Shown here one piece after another: positions 19,731 to 28,207 of a stretch of DNA of 64,000 nucleotides. Below the pieces are notes generated by a model. The model searched no databases and was not told the origin of the DNA. It saw nothing but the letters and a program-made list of their open reading frames with translations. The number at the start of each line of letters is the position of its first letter. Position 1 is the first letter of the stretch. Location of the stretch: positions 256,001 through 320,000 of the forward strand of contig OZ219786.1 in NCBI GenBank assembly GCA_964291285.2. Reading direction: 5' to 3'. The position numbers were made by a program, and so were the translations under genes. This DNA comes from Alphaproteobacteria bacterium. Lineage in GTDB: Bacteria > Pseudomonadota > Alphaproteobacteria > Bin95.

Positions 19731-20260
19731 GACCCCTCCCCGCCGGGAGCCGGCGCATCCGCCGCCTCCGGCCCGATCCAGTCCAGCCGCACGGCCATCC
19801 GCCCGGCATCCGTCGTCAGCAGCGCCCGCCCCCCGGCCTGGAGACCGATATCGCGAAGCACGAAGATCACCGGCTCGTCCTCGACATCGACCGAGACCAT
19901 CACCGGCGCCGGCGGGCGCGGACCGGCGACCACGAAGTCGTAGCCGATCTCCGCCGCAAGCCGCTCCGCCACCCGCTCCAGCGGACCCAGCCAGTCCAGC
20001 GTCACCCGCGTCTGCAGCTCCGGCGTCACCAGGCGCGGCACATCGACCGCAGGCGGCGCGCCGGCCGCGCGGACCTCCGCCAGCCGCGTCAGCGCCTCCT
20101 GCGCCAGAACCATCGCCTCGGCTATCCGCATCTCCGCCGGGTCGCCCGCGACCGCCGCCGCCGCGGACCGGTCCGGCGCCCGGCCGGGATCGAGCGACTG
20201 GCAGCCGGCAAGCGCCAGCGCCCCGGCCACCATCCCGCCAAGCGCCGCGCCCACGCTCAT
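19727..20260 (-). CDS. dotD: DotD/TraH lipoprotein
   Basis: Lipobox LAGC; VTLDWLGPLE, IGYDF, VLRDIGLQAG. Confidence 0.88.
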   Translation of the reverse strand: MSVGAALGGMVAGALALAGCQSLDPGRAPDRSAAAAVAGDPAEMRIAEAMVLAQEALTRLAEVRAAGAPPAVDVPRLVTPELQTRVTLDWLGPLERVAERLAAEIGYDFVVAGPRPPAPVMVSVDVEDEPVIFVLRDIGLQAGGRALLTTDAGRMAVRLDWIGPEAADAPAPGGEGS

Positions 20261-21246
20261 GGCGCCGCGCTCCCGATATCGCGCACCACAAGCCACCTGT
20301 TCGGATAGGCCGTCGCCGTCAGCGTCCGGCGCATCGGCCGGATCGCCAGCAGCGCGTCCGCCGCCGCCAGGAACCCCTCCTCCTCCGTCTCGCCCGCCGG
20401 AAACGACGCCGCCGCGCCCACCGCATAACGCCGCGCGCTCCGCCAGGCCACCTGCCAGCCAGCGCGCGCCGCCCAGGCCCGCAGCACCTCCTCCACCGTA
20501 CCGTGCTCGTCCGGCGCCACTTCCCAGGCCGGCGGCGGCGCCGGCGCCGCCTCCTCCGGCGCCGCCCCGTCCTGTCCCTCCAGCGCCGCAGCAGCAGCGG
20601 GAGCCGCCGGCGGCGCGTCCGCAGCCCCGGTCCCGACCGGCGCCGCGTCCGCCCCGGCGGACCGGGCGGCCTCCGCCTCGTTCTCCGCAACCGCAGCCAG
20701 GACGCCGACCGCAACGCCCGCAGGCAGTTGCTGCGCCGCGCGCTGCTCCCGATCCGCATAGCGCCGGAAAACCAGCCGCCCGTCCTCCCAGCCCCAGTCG
20801 TAGCCCGACAGCCGGGCGACCTCGTCGAGCACCTCCGCCACCGGTCCCGTCATCGACAGGCCGAACGGCACCGGGTCGTTCAGCGCCACATCCCCGTCCA
20901 GAACCCGCCCCGGGCGCTCCCGGATCGAGGCCTCCACGCCGGCCAGGGCCGCAACCAGACCCGCCAGTTCCCGGAAGGGCAGAGGGGTCAGCTGCCTGAC
21001 CTCGATTTCAAGGTCGGAGACTTCGACGGGGAGATCCCTCGACGGCGCCGCGACCGTCACCGTCGCCGCCAGGGGGGCCGCACCCGGCGCGCCCGCCTGC
21101 GACGCCGACGACAGCAGGGCAAGCGACACCGCCATGACGAACGCCATCAGCAGCAGAAGCTCCGCGCCCGTGCGCCCGGCCCGCCTGTGGCGCGCTGTCG
21201 GACCCGACGACGGCATCCGGAGCCGCATGGTCTCCATACCCCGCAT
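20257..21246 (-). CDS. Secreted protein with N0/STN-like and C-terminal TcpQ-like domains (PilL-like)
   Basis: GPVAEVLDEVARLSGYDWGW and TVEEVLRAWAARAGWQVAW. Start uncertain. Confidence 0.6.
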   Translation of the reverse strand: MRGMETMRLRMPSSGPTARHRRAGRTGAELLLLMAFVMAVSLALLSSASQAGAPGAAPLAATVTVAAPSRDLPVEVSDLEIEVRQLTPLPFRELAGLVAALAGVEASIRERPGRVLDGDVALNDPVPFGLSMTGPVAEVLDEVARLSGYDWGWEDGRLVFRRYADREQRAAQQLPAGVAVGVLAAVAENEAEAARSAGADAAPVGTGAADAPPAAPAAAAALEGQDGAAPEEAAPAPPPAWEVAPDEHGTVEEVLRAWAARAGWQVAWRSARRYAVGAAASFPAGETEEEGFLAAADALLAIRPMRRTLTATAYPNRWLVVRDIGSAAP

Positions 21247-22421
21247 CACTCGCCCGCTCCCGCACAGCGGCGCAGCGCTGCCCGGGCCTCCCGGTTCTCC
21301 TGCACCCCGATCCGGTTCCAGACCGAGTTGTGCCCGTTGCTCACCAGCGCACCGGTCACGAAGGCCGCATCCATGAACCGCAACACATCCTCCCTGTCCG
21401 TGAACAACGGATCGTGGAAGCCGGCCGCCGCGCCGCCGCCGCGCGTCACCGGGCCGAACCGCTCCACAGGCCCGCCCGGAACCCCGGCCGCCGCCTGCAC
21501 CCGCTTGCCGCGCGGCACCGTCCCGAAGGACAGCAGCGCCTCCAGCCGCCCGTCCGCCCGCTCGCATGTCACCGCGAACCCGATGCGCAGCCCCGCGCCG
21601 GCGCCCGGCAGCCGCTCCGCCACCCCGAACGCCAGCACCGGCCCTTCAGCCACGCGAAGCGCGAACGACCGCGCCTCGGGCGTCTCCACCGGCGCCTCGG
21701 CCGCAGCGCCGGACAAACTCGCCAGCCCCAGCGTCGCTGCCGCCGTCAGCGCGACCATCGCCATCGCCAGCCAGAGCCCCGGACCCGACCGGTCGGCCGG
21801 CACAGCCGGCCGCCCCCTCAGCAGCCCCTGCCGGCGCGCCAGGTCCCGTCCGGCCAGCTCCCGCCGGTCCTGCAGCGCACCCCGCCCGCACAACACCCGC
21901 CACGGGCCCACCCCGTGCCGGGCGCCCAACGCGCCCAGGACCAGCCAGTCCGACACGCCCGACAGCAGGCAGAACACAACCCCGGAAACCACGACCAGCG
22001 CGATCCAGAACGCCGCCTTCGCCCCGATCTGCCGGAACCCCTCCTCCACCGCTGCGGCGATCTCCGCCTTCGTCGCCGCCGGATCCCCCAGCGCCGACAG
22101 GGGCTCCAGCAGCACGGACATGAACTCCGCAAACACGTTCAGGAGCGCGAGGGCCATCAATGGAAACAGGACGAACCTGAGGTCCCACTCGCAGGTCCAG
22201 GCAAGAACACGGCGCAGGCGGCGGCCGGGGCCGGGCGCCCCATCCATCCTGAGCGCGGCCCAGGCCAGCGCCGCCCCGGCGGCGTAAGCCGGAACGAACC
22301 AGTACGGGCCGGCCGCGGCCGCCGCCGGCGGCATGAACAACAGCATCCCGGCAAGGGACGCCCTGACCGTGCGCCTTGCCTCCCGGATCTCCCAGACTTC
22401 CAGGCCGAGGCCCCCGCTCAT
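21246..22421 (-). CDS. Multi-TM membrane protein with C-terminal soluble domain
   Basis: Several hydrophobic helices; coupled start and stop. Confidence 0.6.
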   Translation of the reverse strand: MSGGLGLEVWEIREARRTVRASLAGMLLFMPPAAAAAGPYWFVPAYAAGAALAWAALRMDGAPGPGRRLRRVLAWTCEWDLRFVLFPLMALALLNVFAEFMSVLLEPLSALGDPAATKAEIAAAVEEGFRQIGAKAAFWIALVVVSGVVFCLLSGVSDWLVLGALGARHGVGPWRVLCGRGALQDRRELAGRDLARRQGLLRGRPAVPADRSGPGLWLAMAMVALTAAATLGLASLSGAAAEAPVETPEARSFALRVAEGPVLAFGVAERLPGAGAGLRIGFAVTCERADGRLEALLSFGTVPRGKRVQAAAGVPGGPVERFGPVTRGGGAAAGFHDPLFTDREDVLRFMDAAFVTGALVSNGHNSVWNRIGVQENREARAALRRCAGAGE

Positions 22422-22824
22422 CGCGCCGCCCTCCCGCGATGGCGGCCCTCCGGGCCGAAGGCCGCGGCGAGCGACTGCCGGGGCGTCATGCCCGTGCGCG
22501 CCGCCAGCACCGCCAGCCACACGCCCGCGGCAGCCCCGCAGAGGCAGAGCGCCCCGCCGGCGGTCAACAGGGCGGCAGAGGCGCTCCCCGACAGCAGGAC
22601 GGCTACCGCCGAGCCGAGCACCGGCAGCGACAGGCCCGCCAGCAGGAAAGCGCGGAACACAGGCACGGTCTCCGCGCGCCCCACCGCATCCCCCGGGCCG
22701 CTCATCGCGCCGCCCTCCCGCGATGGCGGCCTTTCAGACCGAAGACCGCGGCGAGCGACTGCCGGAGCGTCATGCCCGTGCGCGCCGCCAGCACCGCCAG
22801 CCACGCGCCCGCGGCAGCCCCGCA
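22416..22824. repeat. ~125 bp direct repeat pair (22416-22540 and 22700-22824)
   Basis: gctcatcgcgccgccctcccgcgatggcggcc...gcggcagccccgca occurs twice with few mismatches. Confidence 0.9.
22418..22705 (-). CDS. Small membrane protein (paralog array)
   Basis: C-terminus nearly identical to that of the upstream gene; ATGA coupling. Confidence 0.6.
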   Translation of the reverse strand: MSGPGDAVGRAETVPVFRAFLLAGLSLPVLGSAVAVLLSGSASAALLTAGGALCLCGAAAGVWLAVLAARTGMTPRQSLAAAFGPEGRHRGRAAR

Positions 22825-23187
22825 AAAGGCGAGCGCGAAGCCCGTCACCAGCAGGCCGGGGGCCGCGTGTCCCGACAGGAGAAGAGCCGGCGCCGCCGCA
22901 AGCAGCGCCAGCACGGCCTGCGTCATGTCCATCGGGGCGCCCAGGCGGTTGCTCCGGAACCGGAACAGCACGTGGAAGATCGTCACGAAGACAGGCCACA
23001 GCAGGCAGACAAGGCCCGCGAACGGCGCCACGACGGGACCGCAGACCACCGTGGCCGCCACGAGAATCAGGACCGGCACGGTTGCCTGCATCAGGGAGCG
23101 GCTCACATGCGCGATCTCCGCGCCCCCGGCGCCTGTCCCGGCGTCTCCGCCGCCGCCGCGCCCGACTGCATCTTCCGGCCGGTTCAT
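22702..23187 (-). CDS. Small membrane protein (paralog array)
   Basis: About four TMs; GAGGAGG RBS. Confidence 0.65.
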   Translation of the reverse strand: MNRPEDAVGRGGGGDAGTGAGGAEIAHVSRSLMQATVPVLILVAATVVCGPVVAPFAGLVCLLWPVFVTIFHVLFRFRSNRLGAPMDMTQAVLALLAAAPALLLSGHAAPGLLVTGFALAFCGAAAGAWLAVLAARTGMTLRQSLAAVFGLKGRHRGRAAR

Positions 23188-23197
23188 CGCACCCTCC

Positions 23198-23785
23198 TCA
23201 TCCGAACCCGATATCGGCCAGGCCGAGGGGCGGGGCCGCGAGCGCCGCACCCGCGCCCGCCGCCATGCCCGGCCCGAGCGGCGCATGGCCGCGCCGCCAG
23301 GACCGTCCGCGCCGGCGCTGCACGCAGGCATGGCGGGCCAGCGCGCAGGCCGCGCCGACCGGCAGCGCCCAGACCAGGCCCCGGGGGCCGAGCAGGCAGC
23401 CGAGCGCGGCGAACAGCAGCGCATCGCCGGGCTGCAACGGCCAGCGCCGCCCGAGCGCCTCCGCCGCGGCGACCGGGACCGCGCCGGCGAGGAACCCGGC
23501 GCCCGCGCCCGCCAGCGCCCGCCACAGGCCCTGCGCCGCATCGGGGCCGAACGGCGCCGCCTGCCACAGCACGCCCGCGCCGGCGAGCAGGCACAGCCAC
23601 AACGGGTCGATCCGCAGGCGCCGCGCATCGATGCGCCCCAGCTGAACGAGCGCGCCGCAGGCCCAGGCCAGCGCCACGGCGTCAAGGACCGCGACGGCAG
23701 GCGCGCCGGCCGTCAGCGCCGCCGCCGCGGGCGCCAGGCAGGCCGCCATGAACAGCAGCACGGTGCGGGCGCGCGCCGGGGTCAT
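23198..23785 (-). CDS. pilU: Prepilin peptidase, A24 family (PilU-like)
   Basis: Catalytic Asp motifs GRIDARRLRI and PGDALL; C-terminal APLGPGM. Confidence 0.8.
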   Translation of the reverse strand: MTPARARTVLLFMAACLAPAAAALTAGAPAVAVLDAVALAWACGALVQLGRIDARRLRIDPLWLCLLAGAGVLWQAAPFGPDAAQGLWRALAGAGAGFLAGAVPVAAAEALGRRWPLQPGDALLFAALGCLLGPRGLVWALPVGAACALARHACVQRRRGRSWRRGHAPLGPGMAAGAGAALAAPPLGLADIGFG

Positions 23786-24309
23786 CGCGGCCGGCCCTCC
23801 GCCGCGCCGACCGCGGCCTGCCAGGAATGCCGTTTCGCCTCCCGGCCCAGGCGCGGCAGCGCACGAAGCGCCTCCAGGAACCCCGTGCGCCGGGCCGCCG
23901 CAATCACGGCCAGGCCGCCGCCCAGCGACGCTCCGCAGCAGAGCGCCGCGGCCGCGGCCGCGAACAGCGCCAGCCTCTGCAACTCCGGATCGCCGGAGCC
24001 GAGAAGCAGCCATGCCGCAACGACGAGTCCGAGCCCGGTATCGCCGAGCCGCGGCGGCGCGCCGAGACGGGGACCGGCCCGCCCGTGGACGGCGCAGGAA
24101 AGCGCCGCCGCCGCCGGATACAGGACGACGGCCGCCGCCGCCCAGGCGAGCCCCCGGGAAACCGGGATGACTTCAAGCGCAGCGAAGAACGTCCCCAGGG
24201 CCAGCCCGCTCACCCTCACGCAGACCACCGCATGGAATATCTCACGGAGATGTCCGCCTGCCTCCGGGCCGCCGGCAGGCCTCTCGCGGCAGGAACAGGG
24301 CGCCGTCAC
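23782..24309 (-). CDS. Small membrane protein (paralog array)
   Basis: GTGA coupling; hydrophobic helices. Confidence 0.55.
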   Translation of the reverse strand: MTAPCSCRERPAGGPEAGGHLREIFHAVVCVRVSGLALGTFFAALEVIPVSRGLAWAAAAVVLYPAAAALSCAVHGRAGPRLGAPPRLGDTGLGLVVAAWLLLGSGDPELQRLALFAAAAAALCCGASLGGGLAVIAAARRTGFLEALRALPRLGREAKRHSWQAAVGAAEGRPR

Positions 24310-24899
24310 CGCCCGTCCCTCCCGAACAGGAACAGCCGGTACCGTTGCTGCGCGGCCCGTTCCCCGGACGCCAGCTCCCGCAGGACGGTCCACAGGCCGA
24401 TCCCGCGGCGCCCGGCGACGAGCGCGACCCACGCCCCGTCCGCCGCGCATCCCAACGCCAGCGCCGACAGGGCGACCCAGCCCGCCAGGCCCGCCGTCGC
24501 CGCCTCTCCCGCCAGGCAGAAGACGAGGGCCATGACCGCAAGCGCGAACCGCCCTCCGCCGGTGCGGTCCAGGATCGGCATCGCCCTGCCGTTCCGGTGG
24601 ACCCGGCGCTCCAGGGCAAAGAACAGCGGAACCCCGGCGGCATAACACACGAGACCGCCAGCCACCTGCCAGGGCCGCACCTGTCCGGGATCGACAAGGC
24701 AGGCGCCCGACAGCACGATCGCCGCAAACGCCGACGCCAGAAGGGAGTGGCTGCAGTGGAGGGTCTCCCGCCCGAAGCCGTCGAAGCCTTCGCCGCGCCG
24801 CGCATCCTCCCGGCTCCTGCCCGGGTCTTCGCGGGATTCCTCTTCGGCCTTGCCCGGTTCGACCGGCCGGCGCCGCGCGAGACGGGCGAGCCAGCGCAT
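24306..24899 (-). CDS. Membrane protein (paralog array)
   Basis: About four TMs; TGATG coupling. Confidence 0.6.
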   Translation of the reverse strand: MRWLARLARRRPVEPGKAEEESREDPGRSREDARRGEGFDGFGRETLHCSHSLLASAFAAIVLSGACLVDPGQVRPWQVAGGLVCYAAGVPLFFALERRVHRNGRAMPILDRTGGGRFALAVMALVFCLAGEAATAGLAGWVALSALALGCAADGAWVALVAGRRGIGLWTVLRELASGERAAQQRYRLFLFGRDGR

Positions 24900-25336
24900 C
24901 ACGACCCGTCCTCCATGACGCCGAAGGTGGCCGGGAAGAGGCGGCACCAGCGCTGGAGGTCCGCCTCGCGGCAGAGTCCGGGGCGCAGCGTGCGGGCCGG
25001 CGAGCCGAGCGCGGCGCGCTCCAGGTTCCAGGCCATGAGCTGCTGCTGGGCGCGGCGCAGGCGCCGCATGGCGGCCAGGTCGCGGACCAGCGCCTCGCGG
25101 ACCGCCAGGACCTCGCCGCGCGCCGCGGCCCAGCTGTCCGCAGCCGCACTCCGCGCCGGAGCCGCACTCCGCGCCGGAGCCGCACTCCGCGCCGGAGCCG
25201 CATCCCGCGCCGGGACCGCATCCCGCGCCGGAGACGCCTCCTGCGCCGCCGCGCCCGGCGCCAGCACGAGCCAGGCAGCGAGGACTGCGAGGGCCGCGAG
25301 GGCCGCGAGGCCTGCGGGGGAAGCCGGCCTCAGCAT
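24899..25336 (-). CDS. Secreted hypothetical protein with PARxAA repeats and a C-terminal Cys pair
   Basis: Signal peptide AAA-QE; 6-aa tandem repeat. Confidence 0.6.
   Translation of the reverse strand: MLRPASPAGLAALAALAVLAAWLVLAPGAAAQEASPARDAVPARDAAPARSAAPARSAAPARSAAADSWAAARGEVLAVREALVRDLAAMRRLRRAQQQLMAWNLERAALGSPARTLRPGLCREADLQRWCRLFPATFGVMEDGS
25143..25232. repeat. 18-bp tandem repeat, 5 copies
   Basis: gccgcactccgcgccgga three times, then two variant copies. Confidence 0.95.
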
Positions 25337-26391
25337 CCCGAACAGCTCCCGACATTCAGGAACCCGAACGACCCCGTGCCCGAGACCGAGACGGAGCCGG
25401 AGACAGTGACGCCCGGCGCGGTGAGATTGCCGTCCGCATCGATGCTGTCGGCGGTGACCGCGCCGGCGATATCGGCGCTGCCGGCCTCCAGCGCGCCCGT
25501 GGCCGCGACGCTCGCGGCGCGCACATCGCCGGTGAACGCCGCATCGCCGCGGAAGTCGGCCGTGCCCAGCGCGGTGAAGCTCCCCGTCACCTCCACCGCG
25601 CCCGGCGCGGCGGCCGATCCCACCGACAGCGTCCCGCCGACCCGGAACGCGCCGGCGCGCAGTTCGCGCTCCACCTCCAGTTCGCCCGCCGTCAGCACCT
25701 TCACCCCGACCAGGTCGTTGCCGCCCATGTCGAGGCCGGTCTCCATGCGGGTTGCGTCCGGACAGCCGGGGCGGGCGCGCCGGAAGAGCGCGCCGCCGCA
25801 CACGGCCCCGGCATCGAGCTGGCGGTAGACCGCGAGCGCCATGGCGCGCGGATGGCCGCCGGCAGCGGCCCGGAACGCCGCCAGGTCCTCCTGCACGGTG
25901 GGGCCCCGGAGCAGGCCGGCCGCGTCCACCACGCCGAGCGCCTGGCGCCCGCGGGCCTCGAACGCCGCCTCCGCCGGCCAGCGCGCGTCGCCGTCCGGGA
26001 CCAGCTGCATCGACAGCAGCCGCAGCCGCCCGCCGCCCATCGAGACCGCCCAGGCCGCCGCCGGGCGCTTCATCGCGTCGCCCGCCCGGTCGAACCCCTC
26101 CGGCAGCAGCCTGTCCGTCCTGAGGCGGTCGATATCGATCTCGCGCGCCGCGCCGGCCGGCAGCGCCGCCCAGGTCCCCCAGTCCGCGCGGGCATGGGCT
26201 TCCGCCGCCTGCGCCAGCACGACCAGCTTGCGCGCCGCGCTCACGCCGTGCGCCGCCGCCATGCGGCCCTGCATCCAGAGCGCGAAGGCGAGCGCGATCA
26301 TCAGCATCACCACCACCGCCGCCAGCGCGCCGACCGGCGTCAGCCCGCGCCAGCGCCGCACCCGCAGCCGGCGTGCGAACCCCCGCCTCAC
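25330..26391 (-). CDS. pilV: PilV-like (Shufflon_N) minor/tip pilin 2
   Basis: Basic leader RRWRG|LTPVG plus hydrophobic helix; TRMETGLDMGGNDL; Gly/Ala/Val-rich tail ending CSGC. Confidence 0.75.
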   Translation of the reverse strand: MRRGFARRLRVRRWRGLTPVGALAAVVVMLMIALAFALWMQGRMAAAHGVSAARKLVVLAQAAEAHARADWGTWAALPAGAAREIDIDRLRTDRLLPEGFDRAGDAMKRPAAAWAVSMGGGRLRLLSMQLVPDGDARWPAEAAFEARGRQALGVVDAAGLLRGPTVQEDLAAFRAAAGGHPRAMALAVYRQLDAGAVCGGALFRRARPGCPDATRMETGLDMGGNDLVGVKVLTAGELEVERELRAGAFRVGGTLSVGSAAAPGAVEVTGSFTALGTADFRGDAAFTGDVRAASVAATGALEAGSADIAGAVTADSIDADGNLTAPGVTVSGSVSVSGTGSFGFLNVGSCSGC

Positions 26392-27581
26392 CGCGGGCTC
26401 CATCCCGACGACCGGCAGCCGGTGCAGCCGCCGGCGGTGACCTCGCCCGGGTCCCGGAACGAGCCGCTGTCCGCGCCCATGGCGTCGGCCTCCACCCGGC
26501 CCGCCCGCGCGGAGGAGCGCGCCGCCAGCCGCCCGGCCGCGTCCATGCGTCCGGCGACCGCCATGCGGGCCGCCGCCGCGCGGCCCTCCACCCTGAGCCC
26601 GCCGCCCACCGACAGCATCCCGCCGATGTCGAACTGCCGGGACGCGCCGCCGCCGAAGCGGAACCCTCCGCTCGCCCCGATGCCGGCGCGCCCGGGGCCG
26701 CTCTCCAGTTCGAGCCGCGCCGCCTGCGCCTCGCCGGCGCTGACCGTCGGCGCCTGCCCGGAGCGGTCGGCCGCCGCATCCAGGCCCGCCGCGCGCCCGG
26801 CATTCCGCAGGTCGTGGCAGCGCCGCGCGGCCGGCGTCGCCGCCGCCCCGCAGTTCTCGCCCGGAACCACCGCCGCCGCGCCGTCGATCTCCGCCGCCGG
26901 CAGCAGCGCCTGCCCGGACGCCCCGGCATTGGGGCCGAACACCAGGTCCGCCTCCATGCGCGCCAGCTCCGGGCGCCCGCCCACCGCGCGCCTGTGCAGC
27001 CGGTCCGCATCGCGCGCCACGCCCCAGTCGCCGGTCGCGAACAGCGAGCCCGCCGGCAGCGGCCCCAGCACCGCCTCGACATCCGCAAGCCGGGCATGCA
27101 TCGCCGTCGCCTCGCCGCCGACCGCGCCCACCAGGTCGAGGCCGCCCATCGCCGCGCCCGCCCGCAGCGCCGGAGACCGGAACGAAAGCTCCGGACCCGT
27201 CAGCGCGCAGGCCGCCATCGGAACCCCGTCCGCCAGCACAACCCCGTAGGAGGCCGACGCCACCCCGCCGCCGACGCGGCCCACCGCGGCCATCCCGGCC
27301 GGCAGCAGCGACCAGCCCTGCAGTTCCGCCGGCGCCACCGCCCGCGCCGCCGCCGCCCGGCGCGACTGCACCGCCCGGTCGAGCGCCGCGCAGGTCATCG
27401 CCCACACGCGCCCCCGCTCGCGGTCCAGTTCCGCCAGACGCAGGCTGTCGCGCTCGCGGCTCCACGCCGCCGCCAGCACCGCCAGCGAGAGCACCGCCAG
27501 CAGCGCGCCCAGCGGCAGCGCCGCCCCGCGACCGGCGCCCCGGCGCAACCGGAAGGACAGCGAAGGGCGCACCCGCCTCAC
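26388..27581 (-). CDS. pilV: PilV-like minor/tip pilin 1
   Basis: Basic leader GRG| plus hydrophobic helix; LHRRAVGGRPELARME; CTGC near the C-terminus. Confidence 0.7.
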   Translation of the reverse strand: MRRVRPSLSFRLRRGAGRGAALPLGALLAVLSLAVLAAAWSRERDSLRLAELDRERGRVWAMTCAALDRAVQSRRAAAARAVAPAELQGWSLLPAGMAAVGRVGGGVASASYGVVLADGVPMAACALTGPELSFRSPALRAGAAMGGLDLVGAVGGEATAMHARLADVEAVLGPLPAGSLFATGDWGVARDADRLHRRAVGGRPELARMEADLVFGPNAGASGQALLPAAEIDGAAAVVPGENCGAAATPAARRCHDLRNAGRAAGLDAAADRSGQAPTVSAGEAQAARLELESGPGRAGIGASGGFRFGGGASRQFDIGGMLSVGGGLRVEGRAAAARMAVAGRMDAAGRLAARSSARAGRVEADAMGADSGSFRDPGEVTAGGCTGCRSSGWSPR

Positions 27582-27585
27582 CCGC

Positions 27586-28122
27586 TCACCCGAACACGAA
27601 GGACAGGTGGTTCGACGCCGCGCCCTCGTCGCAATTGTCGTTCAGCCACGCCAGGTCGCGCGACACCGGCGCGACCGCGCTGACCGTCGCCGGCGCGGCA
27701 GCCGCGACCAGCATCGCCACGATCCCCGAGCCCGAACGCGTGCGCCCCACATAGGCCTCGCCCAGCGCCTTGCAGGTCTCGTCGTCCAGTTCCTCGAAGG
27801 TGATCTGGAACCGCCCGCCATTGCCCCGGATCGACACCGCCGCCCCGAACGGGTGCTCGATCGTCGCAGTGCCACCCGTCCCCTTCCGGGCCCCGTCCGG
27901 AATCCGCCCGAACCCCGCCATCACCGGCACGATGTCGTCGTTGTTCGCCCCGTAGCTCGACTGGCTCGCATAGGTGCTCTCCACGTTCGCGCGCAGCATG
28001 TTCAGCAGGCGGATCGACTCGCCCTCCTTCAGCTTCGAGGTGATGCCGTTGTAGATGGCCACCACCACGACCAGGGCCACCAGGCCCGCGATCACGCTCA
28101 GCAACACTCCGACCGGATTCAT
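27586..28122 (-). CDS. pilS: Type IVb major pilin, PilS-like (copy 2)
   Basis: N-terminal hydrophobic helix; HPFGAAV; two Cys bounding the D-region; ends LSFVFG. Confidence 0.85.
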   Translation of the reverse strand: MNPVGVLLSVIAGLVALVVVVAIYNGITSKLKEGESIRLLNMLRANVESTYASQSSYGANNDDIVPVMAGFGRIPDGARKGTGGTATIEHPFGAAVSIRGNGGRFQITFEELDDETCKALGEAYVGRTRSGSGIVAMLVAAAAPATVSAVAPVSRDLAWLNDNCDEGAASNHLSFVFG

Positions 28123-28207
28123 GCCGTCCTCCTCCTTCTCGCCGGGGCCGCGCCGCCGTCCCCGGCAGCCGGCGCCCTGTCCTGAAACCCGTTCACCGAA
28201 AGCCTTC

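Noticed and set aside
25143-25232. Short repeats as a possible CRISPR array
   Set aside because: Contiguous in-frame tandem repeats with no spacers and no cas genes.
24300-26400. Shufflon downstream of pilV
   Set aside because: No tyrosine recombinase, no sfx-like repeats and no inverted C-terminal cassettes seen.
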